Source of the DNA: an uncultured delta proteobacterium
Lineage (GTDB): Bacteria > Myxococcota_A > Polyangia > Polyangiales > B10-G4
Assembly (NCBI GenBank): GCA_963727445.1
Contig: CAVSGI010000008.1
Location: forward strand, 32,001 to 96,000
Reading direction: 5' to 3'
Length of the DNA stretch: 64,000 nucleotides
In this document: one piece after another, positions 27,499 through 37,990 of the stretch
Layout of the letters: every line of letters begins with the position of its first letter
Position numbering within the stretch: position 1 is the stretch's first letter
Notes under the pieces: model-generated
What the model saw: the letters and a program-made list of their open reading frames with translations, nothing else
Databases searched by the model: none
Told to the model about the DNA's origin: nothing
Program-made: the position numbers and the translations under genes

Positions 27499-28136
27499 AG
27501 ATGTCGCCCCATAAGACAACGTTGGTGATGCTGGCGGCGGCGCTCTTGGCGGCGTGCTCGGGCGGACCCACCGACGACCCGCGAAGCCACGGCGCGAGTC
27601 TCATCGACGCGCCTCCCCTGCCGACCCTGGTCGCCGAGGACTTCCAGGACGCGCCCGCTGGCTGTGAAGGGCGTCTCGACGGAACCGAAGAGTTCGGAAT
27701 CACCCAGACCGACGCGCTGGTGGTGGCGCGGCACGGCGAGGAAGCGGTCTGCATCGACACCCTCGAGGCGGTGAGCCTCGAGCTCGAAGCCCTCGGCGCG
27801 AACTTCGCCGCCGACGAGCTCTACTCCGGCTTCTATGCCGCGATTCACCTCAGCCAGGTGCAGGATTGGGCGACCCCGGCGAGCGAGCGCCTCGACGACG
27901 GTGGCGAGGCGCAGGGCGACCCGAACCCGCAGCCCAACGGGCCCATCCTCGACCCCAACATGGGCGATCCGAACCCCCAGCCGAACATGCCTTCGCGCCC
28001 GACCCTCGGTGGCGATCCCGCGCCGAGCATGCCCGACACGGGCGACCCCACGGTCAATCCTGGACCGACACGGGACACGGACGAGCCCGAGACTCCCGTG
28101 GTCTCCATCGAGAGCGTCGCGCTCCCAGGTATCTAG
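27495..28136 (+). CDS. Hypothetical lipoprotein with C-terminal GDPNPQP repeats
   Basis: Lipobox LAAC; start overlaps the upstream stop (GTGA); acidic, Pro-rich tail. Confidence 0.75.
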   Translation: MKMSPHKTTLVMLAAALLAACSGGPTDDPRSHGASLIDAPPLPTLVAEDFQDAPAGCEGRLDGTEEFGITQTDALVVARHGEEAVCIDTLEAVSLELEALGANFAADELYSGFYAAIHLSQVQDWATPASERLDDGGEAQGDPNPQPNGPILDPNMGDPNPQPNMPSRPTLGGDPAPSMPDTGDPTVNPGPTRDTDEPETPVVSIESVALPGI

Positions 28137-28962
28137 AGGAAGCGCGCCGCGAGCGCGCGGATGTGCGCGGGCCCCGTCCCGCAGCAACCACCGATGAGCG
28201 TCGCGCCCGCGTCGATCCACGTCGCCGCGAGCTCCGCGTAGCGCTGCGGTCCGTCGGGGTCGTCGGTGCGCCACCCGATCTCTTCGTCGGCGTGCCCCGC
28301 GTTGGCGTAGGCGCCGAAAGGGACGCCCGCCTCGGCGATCGCACGCACGAAGTCGAGGGTGCGCGCCGCGGGGACGCAGTTGACAAGCACCGCCGAGGCT
28401 CCCGCGCGGACCAGCTCCCGGCTGGCCCGTCCCATCGATGCGGGCGTCATGAATCGGCATCGGGGCCGGCGGTCAGGGCGGCCCAGACCGGCAAGCCGGT
28501 GCGCACCGCCTCCTCGACGGCGACCCGCGCCTCGCCGGGATGCGGGAAGGTTTCGCAGAGGATGAGATTGACGCTGGCCGCGTGAAGGGCCTCGGCCATC
28601 TCACGATGCTCGGGCCGCGGATCGGCGGGGCTCAGGTCGGGCCGGTAGCAGTCCTCGAGGGGAGCGATGCTCCCGGCGAGGGTGAAGGCGTCGGGGCGCG
28701 CATCGACCGAGCGGAGCGCCCGGCGCGCGATGCCGACAGCTTCCGTCGTGAGCGCCCGCCAGCGATCGCCGACCTGTCGGGGCCGGGTTCGAAAGGTGTT
28801 GGCGGTGTGGACGACGGCCCCCGCGCGTGCGTAATCCCGATGGATCTCGGCGATCACCTCGGGGGCCTCGACGATGGCGCCAGCGCTCCACATCGGAAGG
28901 CGAGTCTCGACGCCGCGGGCATGGAGCTCGGTTCCGAGGGGCCCGTCGAGCAGGGTGATCAT
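28133..28962 (-). CDS. Homocysteine S-methyltransferase family protein (frameshift at ~28453)
   Basis: LLDGPLGTEL, HRDYARAGA...TANTF, ILCET; then VNC, GAYAN and IGGCCGTGPAHI in the second frame. Confidence 0.88.
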
Positions 28963-29108
28963 CGGCCCTACGCTAGCAGGGTCCGACCGCGAAGGCGGTG
29001 ACGCACCCCGGCCGCGGGCGAGACGCGCTGTGTTTGCTTCATGATCTCTCCTGCTTGGAGGGAATCCTTCCCAGGGGCGCGAAAACCCTTGCGCACCGCA
29101 AAGGCAAC

Positions 29109-29140
29109 TGGTACTACCACTTTCGAGAGTGGTAATACCA
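29109..29140. promoter_or_regulatory. Two tandem FadR-type operator palindromes
   Basis: TGGTACTACCA (29109-29119) and TGGTAATACCA (29130-29140), 21 bp apart, directly before the GntR/FadR start codon. Confidence 0.75.
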
Positions 29141-29887
29141 ATGTCCCAGGCACCAGATCGAAAGCGGGCGGCGGAGCAGACGGCGGACAAGGTCCGCGGC
29201 GCCATCCTGCGGGGGGAGATCGCGCCGGGGACGGCATTGCCGGCAGAGCGGGAGCTCTCGGAGAAGCTCGGGGTCAGTCGCCTCACCCTGCGCTCCGCGA
29301 TCGCGCGCCTCGAGACCGAAGGGCTGGTGCAACCGGTCCACGGCTCGGGGACGCGCGTTCTCGATTACCGCGAGCGGGGCGGGGTCGACCTCATCGGCTA
29401 CCTCGCGACGCAAGCCCTCGAGGGTGGGGAGATGCCCTCGGCGCTCTTGTCGGAGCTGCTCGAGCTCCGCCGGATGATCGCCACCGAGCTGGTGGGCCTC
29501 GCGGCGGTGCGCGCGACCGACGAAGAGCTCGCGGAGCTTCGCCATCACCATCGCGTGCAATCGACGCTGCTCGGCGATCCCGAAGCCTTCAAGCGGGCCG
29601 ACCTCGCATTCGCCCGCCTGCTGATCCGCGCCGGCCATAACTTCGCGCTCGAGCTCCTCTTCAACTCGGTGGTGCGCGTCATCGAGTCGAACCCCGGCCT
29701 CACCCTCGCCTTTCAGGCGAACGCGCCGCAGACCCTCAGGGTCTACGCGCGGATCCTCGAGCTGGTCGAGAGCCGTGATTCGCGTCGGGCCGCGCGCGTC
29801 ACCCGGCGCCTCCTCGAGGTCCTCGACCGCCGCACGCTTTCCCTGTTGGACCAGCTCGCACCTTCACAGAAGGAGATGGCCGGATGA
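29141..29887 (+). CDS. GntR/FadR-family transcriptional regulator
   Basis: LPAERELSEKLGVSRLTLRSA...GSGTRV wHTH; FCD-like C-terminal domain. Confidence 0.93.
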   Translation: MSQAPDRKRAAEQTADKVRGAILRGEIAPGTALPAERELSEKLGVSRLTLRSAIARLETEGLVQPVHGSGTRVLDYRERGGVDLIGYLATQALEGGEMPSALLSELLELRRMIATELVGLAAVRATDEELAELRHHHRVQSTLLGDPEAFKRADLAFARLLIRAGHNFALELLFNSVVRVIESNPGLTLAFQANAPQTLRVYARILELVESRDSRRAARVTRRLLEVLDRRTLSLLDQLAPSQKEMAG

Positions 29888-30366
29888 TCGGTGTTCCAAA
29901 GCGCTGGGTGGTGGACGTGCTGTCGGGCTTCGCCGGAGCTGACGAAGAGGGCGCGCTCGTCCCTGCCGCGGACGAGGTCGACTACCTCGAAGCCTTCGAC
30001 GGGATGCTCCACAGCGGGACCTTTCTCGCGGGCGTCGGCATGCGCGTTGCGCTCGTCTTCTGTGCGCTCTCGCCCCTTTGGCTCGCGGGTCGCTTCCGAC
30101 GCTTCGGCTCCCTTCCTGGCCGAGAGCGCTCCGCCCTCCTCGATCGGCTCCTGCACCACCCGGTGTTCATCGTCGCCGAGCTCACGCTCTTGATGAAGCT
30201 CTGCGCCTGCATGGCGCTCTTCCGCTCGCCCACGGTGCGCGCGCGGTCGAGCTACGACAGCCACGAGACCGAGGCCGACGCCTATGCCGAGGCTCTCGAG
30301 TCGGGCGAGCGACCCAAGCACGGGCTACCGGTCCTCGCCGACGTGCGAGACGAGGAGGTGGCGTGA
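29884..30366 (+). CDS. Hypothetical protein, probable small partner of the GMC oxidoreductase
   Basis: Overlaps both neighbours (ATGA and TGATG); GC-rich coding pattern. Confidence 0.65.
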   Translation: MIGVPKRWVVDVLSGFAGADEEGALVPAADEVDYLEAFDGMLHSGTFLAGVGMRVALVFCALSPLWLAGRFRRFGSLPGRERSALLDRLLHHPVFIVAELTLLMKLCACMALFRSPTVRARSSYDSHETEADAYAEALESGERPKHGLPVLADVRDEEVA

Positions 30367-31872
30367 TGGCGCACCTGATTCGAAGACGTCGCGGATTACG
30401 TCATCGTCGGCACCGGCGCGGGGGGCGCGACCGCCGCGCGGGTCCTCGCCGCCGCCGGCCACGACGTGCTGATGGTGGAGGAGGGCCCGAAGCTCGAAAA
30501 GGACGAGCGGCCGCGAGACCTGTTGCGGAGCATGGGGGCGGCGGTGCGCGGCATGGGCACCCAGGCCACCCTCGGCAAGACGCCGATCCCGCTCCTTCAG
30601 GGGCGTCTGGTCGGCGGAAGCACCGCGATCAACTCCGGCATCGTCTGGCGCATGCCCGACGACGTGCGCGCGGAGTGGAAGGAGAGCCACGGCCTCGATT
30701 GGCTCGTCGACGAAGGCGAGATGCACCGCATCTACGAGGTCATCGAGGAGGATCTCGAGGTCGAGAAGACCGCGCGAGAAATCTTCGGACAGAACTCGCA
30801 GAAGATGGCGGACGCCTGCGATGCGCTGGGCCTGCCCGGAAAGGCCATGACCCGCAACGCGGCGCGCTGCCGCGGCTCTTCACAGTGCCTGCAGGGCTGC
30901 CCCACGCGGGCCCGCCAGAGCATGGACACCAGCTACGTCCCCCGCGCCATGGCCGACGGCGCCCGCCTCCACACCCTGTGCCGCGTGCGGAAGGTGACGA
31001 TGGAGGGCGGGCGCGCGACAGGCATCACGGGCGACGTGGTCGACAGGCGCTCGCGCAAGAAGAAGGGCACCTTCCACGTTCGCGCTCGCCGCGCCGTGAT
31101 CGTGTCGGCTGGCGTGCTGCATACGCCGGCGCTCCTCGACGCCTCCGGGATCCGTCATCCACTCCTCGGCCGGCGCTTCCAGGCGCACCCTGGCCTCGCG
31201 GTGGTGGCGCGATTCGAAGAACCCATCCGCATGGGCTTCGGCGCGACCCAGGGTTACGAGGTCCCGATGCGCGACCGCGGCTTCAAGCTGGAGACGCTCG
31301 CGCTGCCGCCGGAGATGCTCGCCGCGCGCCTCCCGGGCGCCGGAGGCCAGTGGCAGAAGAAGCTCTCCGAGCTCGACCACTACGCGCAGTGGTGCGTGCA
31401 GGTCCGCATGAAGGCGAAGGGGCGCGTCAAGCGCGGCTTCGGCGGATGGCCGAAGGTGAGCTACGAGCCGACCGCCGCGGACGTGGCGACCACGCAGGAG
31501 GCGGTGGCGCTGTTGTGTCGGATGTTCTTCGCGGTGGGCGCCACCGAGGTCTACCCAGGCGTCGGTCACCTCCCCGAAGTCCTCACCGACCCGAAGCAGG
31601 CCGAGCAGATCGCGGACGCCAAGCTTCGCCGCCCCGACTTCCACTACGTGGCCTCGCACCTCTTCGGCACCACCTGCGCGGGCACGGACCCGTCGAAGAG
31701 CGTCGTGGGCGAGGACCTCGCGGTGCACGGCGCCGAGGGCCTGTACGTGATGGATGCCAGCGTCTTCCCCACCAACATGGGGGTCAATCCGCAGCACTCC
31801 ATCATGACGGTGGTGTGGCGCGCCGCCGAGAAGCTGGCCGCGGCCGAGCGGGCCCAGCGCGACGCGGCTTAG
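30366..31872 (+). CDS. GMC-family oxidoreductase (frameshift at ~30378)
   Basis: ADYVIVGTGAGG (FAD-binding), GRLVGGSTAINSG, CLQGCP, SHLFGT, DASVFPTNMGVNP. Confidence 0.9.
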
Positions 31873-32011
31873 CCAACTGTCTCGAAGTCAGCGAACGGAC
31901 CGATGTCCGACGAGCGGGGCGGCGATACCGCCGCCCCGGGTAGAGCCGGCCTTCGGCCGACGCCGGAGGGCGTGGGGTGCGCGCTGCCCCATCCTGCTAC
32001 CCTGACCCCAC

Positions 32012-34258
32012 GTGGATCTTCGGACCCAGACCTCGCTCATCGCGGCGATCCTCTCCCTCGCCATGTCGGCGAGCGTGCTCATGCGCGCGCGGCGTCGGCG
32101 CGTGCACTGGATGTTCGGCGCCTTCGGTCTGTCGGTCGCGCTCTGGTATCTGACCACCTTCGTCGGCGGTGTGGCGCCCGGCGCACTGGCGACGCGCCTG
32201 AACCTCATCTGCGCCGTGGCCGTCCCCTTCGCCGGCGCGCAGTTCTTCCGCTCCTTCATCCCCGGCGAAGACCGGATCATGAACGTCCTGAGCCGCGGCG
32301 CCCTGGTGGTGGGCGCGGTCATGGTCGTGGTGATCTTCACGCCGCTCTACGACCACATGGTCCTCAAGACGGCGCTCTTCATCGACGTCCTCTTGATGCT
32401 TGTCGCGTCCCTGACCTTCGTGTGGATGCGCGGGTCGCGGGCGAGCTCGCGATTCGAGGGCGCGCGCCTGAGGTTCCTCGCGCTCACCGGAGCGTTCGCC
32501 GGCTTCTTCACCCTGGCCGAGTACCTGCCCTACGTCGGCCTCGACATCCCGCCGGTCGGCACCGTCCTCATCCTGGTCTTCCTCTACGTCCTGTCGCAGT
32601 CGATCCTCCAGTATCGCCTCCTCGACCTCTACGAGCTCGCGGGCCGCCTCTCGGTCATCACCGCGCTCTCCTTCACTCTGGCCCTGCTCTTCTGGATCCT
32701 GGTGGAGATCGCGGGCGGGCGCTTCTTCCTCCACTCGGTGGTCGCCGCGCTGGTGGTGCTCCTGCTCTTCGATCCGGTCCGCGCGAAGGTCGAGGATCAG
32801 ATCACTCAGTTCTTCTTCCGCGAGCGCTACGACTTCGAGCAGGCCGCCACCAGCATTCGGCACCAGCTGGCCCACGTCCTCGAGCTCGACGACCTCACGC
32901 GCGTGCTGGTGGATGGGCTCGAGCGCTCGCGACGCATCACGCACGCCGCGGTCTATCTCGTCGAAGAGGAGATGCGCGGCTACACCCTGGTCGGACACGT
33001 GGGCCCGGCCCCGGTCGCCCGCCTCGAGCTGGCCCCGGCGCGCGCGCTGCTCGACCGGCTCTCCCGCGATGACAGCCTGGTGCTCGAGAACCTCGAGCGC
33101 GAGCTCGAGGAGCGCCGGGAGATTGGCGAGGACCGCGAGGCCGAGACGGTCTTCGAGGTGCTCTCCACCCTCGAGGCGATGAACGCCTCGGTCTGTGTGG
33201 GCATCGTCGGCGAGGGCGGCGACGACCTCTACGGCCTGCTCTGTGTGCGGGACGACCGCCTCCGCGACGCTTTCTCGCCAGAAGAGGTCCAGCTCCTGTC
33301 GGGCCTTGCGGGCCAGGCGGCCGTCGCCGTGGAGAACTCGCGCCTCTACCGGCGGATGAAGGAGCGCGACCGCCTCGCCGCCCTCGGTGAGATGGCGGCC
33401 GGCCTCGCCCACGAGATCCGCAACCCGCTCGGCGCCATCAAGGCGAGCGCCCAGTACCTCCACGACGACGATGACGACGATCAGGTCGCGTCGCCGGAGC
33501 GCGAGTTCCTCGACATCATCGTCGAGGAGGTCGACCGACTGAACTGGGTCGTCGGCTCGTTCCTCGACTACGCGCGCCCCTCCAAAGGCGATCCGGTGCC
33601 CACCGACGTGAGCGCGACCGTCAACCGCACGATGCAGCTCCTCGGCGCGGAGTGTCAGGCGGCGTCGGTCACCTGGAGCGTCGACATGGAAGAGGACGCC
33701 CCGAAGGTGCGCATCGACGTCGAGCAACTTCACCAGGTGCTGATCAACCTGGTGCGCAACGCGGTGCAGGCGATGGAGACCGGGGGCGAGGTCAGCATCC
33801 GCACCCGCACCCGCGCGGCATCCCCCCGGGAAGGTCCGGACCGCTACGTCGAGATCCGCGTCTCCGACACCGGCCCCGGCATTCCGCAGCGCGTGCTGTC
33901 GAATCTCTTCGTCCCCTTCGTCACCACCAAGGATCGCGGCACGGGTCTGGGTCTCGCCATCTCACAGCGGATCGTCACCGCCGCCGGCGGCGAGATCAGC
34001 GTGCGATCGCGCGCAGGACAGGGCACGACCTTCATCGTGAAGCTCCCCGTCGCCGAGGAGCCCGCGCTGGTCACGCCGAGCTCACCGCCGGAGGCGCCCC
34101 CGGACGAGGCGGCGCCGGCGCCGGCGATCGCGGCGCTGCGTCAGAGCGCGTCGAGCAATCCCCCGTCCGCGGAGAGCGGATCGTCGAAGGGGGAGACGTC
34201 GTCGTCCTCGGAGCCCTCCGGGGGCGAGGCGGCGAGCGGCGTCGCCACCAGCCGATAG
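32012..34258 (+). CDS. Membrane sensor histidine kinase (multi-TM N-terminus, GAF, HisKA, HATPase)
   Basis: About nine hydrophobic helices; GAF-like end LAGQAAVAVENSRLY; AHEIRNPL; DTGPGI; GTGLGL. Confidence 0.93.
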   Translation: MDLRTQTSLIAAILSLAMSASVLMRARRRRVHWMFGAFGLSVALWYLTTFVGGVAPGALATRLNLICAVAVPFAGAQFFRSFIPGEDRIMNVLSRGALVVGAVMVVVIFTPLYDHMVLKTALFIDVLLMLVASLTFVWMRGSRASSRFEGARLRFLALTGAFAGFFTLAEYLPYVGLDIPPVGTVLILVFLYVLSQSILQYRLLDLYELAGRLSVITALSFTLALLFWILVEIAGGRFFLHSVVAALVVLLLFDPVRAKVEDQITQFFFRERYDFEQAATSIRHQLAHVLELDDLTRVLVDGLERSRRITHAAVYLVEEEMRGYTLVGHVGPAPVARLELAPARALLDRLSRDDSLVLENLERELEERREIGEDREAETVFEVLSTLEAMNASVCVGIVGEGGDDLYGLLCVRDDRLRDAFSPEEVQLLSGLAGQAAVAVENSRLYRRMKERDRLAALGEMAAGLAHEIRNPLGAIKASAQYLHDDDDDDQVASPEREFLDIIVEEVDRLNWVVGSFLDYARPSKGDPVPTDVSATVNRTMQLLGAECQAASVTWSVDMEEDAPKVRIDVEQLHQVLINLVRNAVQAMETGGEVSIRTRTRAASPREGPDRYVEIRVSDTGPGIPQRVLSNLFVPFVTTKDRGTGLGLAISQRIVTAAGGEISVRSRAGQGTTFIVKLPVAEEPALVTPSSPPEAPPDEAAPAPAIAALRQSASSNPPSAESGSSKGETSSSSEPSGGEAASGVATSR

Positions 34259-35220
34259 GGCCGGACGTCGGTGCGCGCGAGCGCTTCCGGCTCGAGCCCG
34301 TTGTCGGTGAAGAGCTCGGTGTAGGCGGCGTAGGCCGCGCCCGGCTCGTCGGGGCGAACACCCGGGAGCTGGTAATGCCACGTGCCTCGGCGCTCGAAGG
34401 CCACGCCGTGCTCCGGGGTGAAGACGCAATCGATGAACGCTTCGGAGCGGGCACCGAGGGTTCCGTCTTCCGACAGACGCACGACCTCCACCGTCATGTG
34501 CGGCAGCGCCTCGTCGAGGGGACCGCCCATCGCCTGCTCCCGCTCCTGCCAGCGCTGGCGCGCGACCACGGCCGCGGTGACGAGGGCGCGGGCGAGGGAG
34601 CTGCCGCGGGCGGAGCGCCAAAGCCGCGCCTGGCCGTGCTCGCGCAGGAGCACCATCACCTCGACGTTGCGAAGGCGGCGCAGCGGCTCGGGAAAGGATG
34701 CGATGCGCGGCGGACGCGCGCCGGCGATGATCTGCCGCGCCACGTGCCCCATGGCCTCCGTCTGCCGGGGATCGAGGGCCTCCACCTCGTCGAGTCGATA
34801 GACCGCAGCAACCGGCGCGAGGTAGGTCGCGCGAAGCCCCGGCACGTGCGCGTAGCGCTCGAGCGCGCCTTCCACGTCATCGGGAGCTGCCTCGTCGGCC
34901 GAGCGGCCGCCCACCAGGATCGCGTCGAAGTCCCCGGCCGTGAGCGCCCCGACCAGGGCGGCGGGATCGTCGCCCGCGAGCGCATCGGCGATCGCCGGAC
35001 CAGCCTCCCCCACCGGCACCACCGTCGCCGCGCGGGGCGCGAGGCGCGCGAGGTCGGCGCCGCCGACGAGCAGGATGCGCTGGTAGCCGGCGAGCTCGTC
35101 GGTGATCCCGCTCGCGCCTGGCACGGTGCCCATGCCCACGTAGATCGCGACGGCGGCGCCACCGCCCAAGAGGAGCAGGAACAACGCGATCCAGAGAAGC
35201 GGAGAGCGGGCCCGGGCCAC
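34141..35220 (-). CDS. Hypothetical membrane-anchored protein, possibly with an AMMECR1-like C-terminal fold
   Basis: N-terminal TM helix and a long ORF with coding-like codon use; the fold guess is a weak resemblance only. Confidence 0.6.
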   Translation of the reverse strand: MARARSPLLWIALFLLLLGGGAAVAIYVGMGTVPGASGITDELAGYQRILLVGGADLARLAPRAATVVPVGEAGPAIADALAGDDPAALVGALTAGDFDAILVGGRSADEAAPDDVEGALERYAHVPGLRATYLAPVAAVYRLDEVEALDPRQTEAMGHVARQIIAGARPPRIASFPEPLRRLRNVEVMVLLREHGQARLWRSARGSSLARALVTAAVVARQRWQEREQAMGGPLDEALPHMTVEVVRLSEDGTLGARSEAFIDCVFTPEHGVAFERRGTWHYQLPGVRPDEPGAAYAAYTELFTDNGLEPEALARTDVRPYRLVATPLAASPPEGSEDDDVSPFDDPLSADGGLLDAL

Positions 35221-35383
35221 GTGCCGCGGTGTAGCACGCCTGGGACGAGGCCCGGGACCCGTGAAGCGGCAGGGCCTTTGGAGCGCCGAGAGGCGGCGCG
35301 GCGGGGACCGGAGCGTCGCGGGCCCGAGGCGGCAGTGCGTCTCCCTTTCCCTATCGCGACAGCTCTGCTACGGGATGGGGCCG

Positions 35384-36694
35384 ATGGAGATCGCCCTGAT
35401 CACTGTCTACTCGCATCGCGAGTGCACCCTCAAGGACGTGGCGGGCGGCTATGGGACCGTCTTCTCCATCGGGGGCTCGCTGCCGGCGCGGCTCCTCTCC
35501 CGGGCCAAGGAGCGCCTGGCCGCCCTGCCCTCGCCCGTCCTGGGCTACGTCGCGCGGGCCGCGCGCGAGGCGGGGCACGACGTCCGGGTGCACGACGTCC
35601 GCCGCGGCGCCGCGGGCCACGATCCCCTGCCCACCGCCGACGTCGCCCTCGTCCTTTCGTCCATCGTCGACGCCACCGCCGAGCGCGAGGTGCTCCGTGA
35701 GCTGAGGAACGCGGGCGTCTTCACCGTGGTCTTCGGCGCCCACGCCTCGATGCGTCCCCACTTCTACGCCGGCGTCGCGGACGTAGTGGTGAGAGGCGAG
35801 CCCGAAGCCCTGGGCGCACGTCTCTTCGAACGAACTCCCCGCGGGATTGTCGACGCGGGCTTCGTCGAGGACCTCGACGCGCTGGCCTTTCCCGACTGGG
35901 ATCCCTTCCCGGTCCCCACCTATCGCTATGCCCTTCTGAGCGCGCGCGGGGCGACGCTCCCCGTGAGCGGCGTCCGCGGCTGCGCTTTCGGCTGCGGCTA
36001 CTGCCCGTTCCGCGCCACCTCGCGCTTTCGACAGAGACGGCCAGAGCGGGTGATCGAAGAAGTCCGCCGCCTTCGCGAGCGCCACGGCGTCCGGGGCATC
36101 GCCTTTCGCGACCCCCTCTTCAACCTCGACCGCGACCGCGTCCTGGCGCTCGCCGAGGGTCTCGCGCCGCTCGACGTGCGCTTCAGCGGCGAGATGCGCG
36201 CCGACCGTCTCGACACCGAGCTCCTCACGCGCCTGCGTGACGCGGGCCTCAGGAGCCTGGAGATTGGCGTCGAGAGCGTGAACACGGACATGCTCGCCCG
36301 GCACAAGCGGCAGCCGCCCGGCGCGGCGCAGATCGAGCGCACCATCGAGACCGCGCACCGGCTCGGCATCCGCGTGATCGCCAACTTCATGCTGGGTCTG
36401 CCGGAGGACGACGAGCGCTCGATCCGGTCGACGGTGGCGTGGGCCAAGCGGCTCAACACGTTCGCCGTGCAGTTCACGGTGGCCACCCCCTACCCGGGCA
36501 CCACCCTCGACGGCCCGGAGCTGTCCGCCCTCGCGCCCGAATCCCTCACCGGCTTCACCCCGGTGCTCCCGCACCCGACGCTGAGCCCCGAGCGCATCGA
36601 CCGTCTGAGGGAGTGGGCCTACGTGAGCTACCACCTCAGGCCCCGCTACGTCGCAGGGTTCGTCCGGCAGGCCGCCCGCGCCATGGTGGATTGA
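35384..36694 (+). CDS. B12-binding-domain radical SAM protein
   Basis: GAHAS...VVVRGEPE, RGCAFGCGYC (CxxxCxxC), IGVES, FMLGLP, TPYPGT. Confidence 0.9.
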   Translation: MEIALITVYSHRECTLKDVAGGYGTVFSIGGSLPARLLSRAKERLAALPSPVLGYVARAAREAGHDVRVHDVRRGAAGHDPLPTADVALVLSSIVDATAEREVLRELRNAGVFTVVFGAHASMRPHFYAGVADVVVRGEPEALGARLFERTPRGIVDAGFVEDLDALAFPDWDPFPVPTYRYALLSARGATLPVSGVRGCAFGCGYCPFRATSRFRQRRPERVIEEVRRLRERHGVRGIAFRDPLFNLDRDRVLALAEGLAPLDVRFSGEMRADRLDTELLTRLRDAGLRSLEIGVESVNTDMLARHKRQPPGAAQIERTIETAHRLGIRVIANFMLGLPEDDERSIRSTVAWAKRLNTFAVQFTVATPYPGTTLDGPELSALAPESLTGFTPVLPHPTLSPERIDRLREWAYVSYHLRPRYVAGFVRQAARAMVD

Positions 36695-36848
36695 GGATGT
36701 GCAGACCGGGGTCCGCGCTCCCCGGAACCACCTGCGCCTCCGCGGCCCCTCCAGTCGGCTTCGCCGACATCCGGGGCAGCTTACAGCTCCGGGTGGTCCC
36801 GCTTCCAAAGACTGCTAGTCTCGCGCCGCCCAACGAAGGAGGCCCCAG

Positions 36849-37962
36849 GTGATCATCGGCGTTCCGAAGGAGATCAAGACCCGCGAGTATCGCGTCGGCA
36901 TCAACCCCGGCGGCGTGCTCGCGCTCACCGCGGCAGGACACGAAGTCCACGTGCAAAAGGGTGCGGGTATCGGCTCGGGCATCAGCGACGAGCAGCTGAA
37001 GGACGCGGGGGCCAAGATCGTCCCCGGCGCCGCCGACGCCTGGGCCGCCGACCTGGTGATGAAGGTCAAGGAGCCGATCGCCGAGGAGTACCAGTACTTT
37101 CGCGAAGGCCAGATCCTCTACACCTACCTGCACCTCGCGCCGCTTCCCGAGCTCACCAAGGAGCTGATGCAGAAGAAGGTCCGCGCCATCGCCTACGAGA
37201 CGATCCAGCTCCCGAACGGATCGCTGCCGCTGCTCACACCGATGAGCGAGGTCGCCGGCCGGCTCTCGGTGCAGGTCGGCGCGCAGTGCCTCGAGAAGCA
37301 CGAGGGCGGCAAGGGCCTGCTCCTCGGCGGCGTGCCCGGCACGCGACGCGGGCGCATCGCGATCCTCGGCGGCGGCATCGTCGGCAGCAACGCCGCGCAG
37401 ATCGCCGTCGGCATGGGCGCGCACGTGATCGTGCTCGACATCGACCACGACCGCATGGCGCACCTCGAGGACGTCTTCCAGGGCGAGATCGAGACGCTCT
37501 ACTCGAACCCGGCGACCATCGCCGAGGTCTGCGCCTGGGCCGACATGGTCGTGGGCGCGGTGCTCGTCGCGGGCGCGCGCACGCCGACGCTGGTCACGCG
37601 CGAGCACCTGAAGGGCATGAGCGACGGATTCGGTCGTGGTCGACGTGGCCGTCGATCAGGGGGGCTGCATCGAGACCTGCCGTCCCACGACCCACGACGA
37701 TCCCACCTACGTCGAAGAGGGCGTGGTGCACTACTGCGTCGCCAACATGCCCGGCGCGGTGCCCCACACCAGCACCTTCGCGCTGACCAACGTCACCCTG
37801 AAGTACGCGGCGGCGATCGCCAACCACGGCGTCGTCGAGGCCGTGAAGGCCGATTCGGCCCTGGCCCTGGGCGTCAACACCTGGGACGGCGCCTGCACTT
37901 ACGAGGCCGTGGCTACCGGCGTGGGCATCGACTACGTGCCCCTCGAGACGGCGCTCGGCTGA
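36849..37962 (+). CDS. ald: Alanine dehydrogenase (frameshift at ~37629)
   Basis: [30 protein letters not shown]; then [13 protein letters not shown] and VANMPGAVP in the second frame. Confidence 0.95.
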
Positions 37963-37990
37963 GCGCTCGCTGCACTGTATCCTCGCCCTC

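Noticed and set aside
34141..34258. 118-bp convergent gene overlap as a functional feature
   Set aside because: Both overlapping tails are low-complexity; such overlaps arise easily in GC-rich DNA or from an indel.
35384..36694. RiPP cluster around the radical SAM gene
   Set aside because: No precursor peptide, RRE/SPASM domain or transporter is visible nearby.
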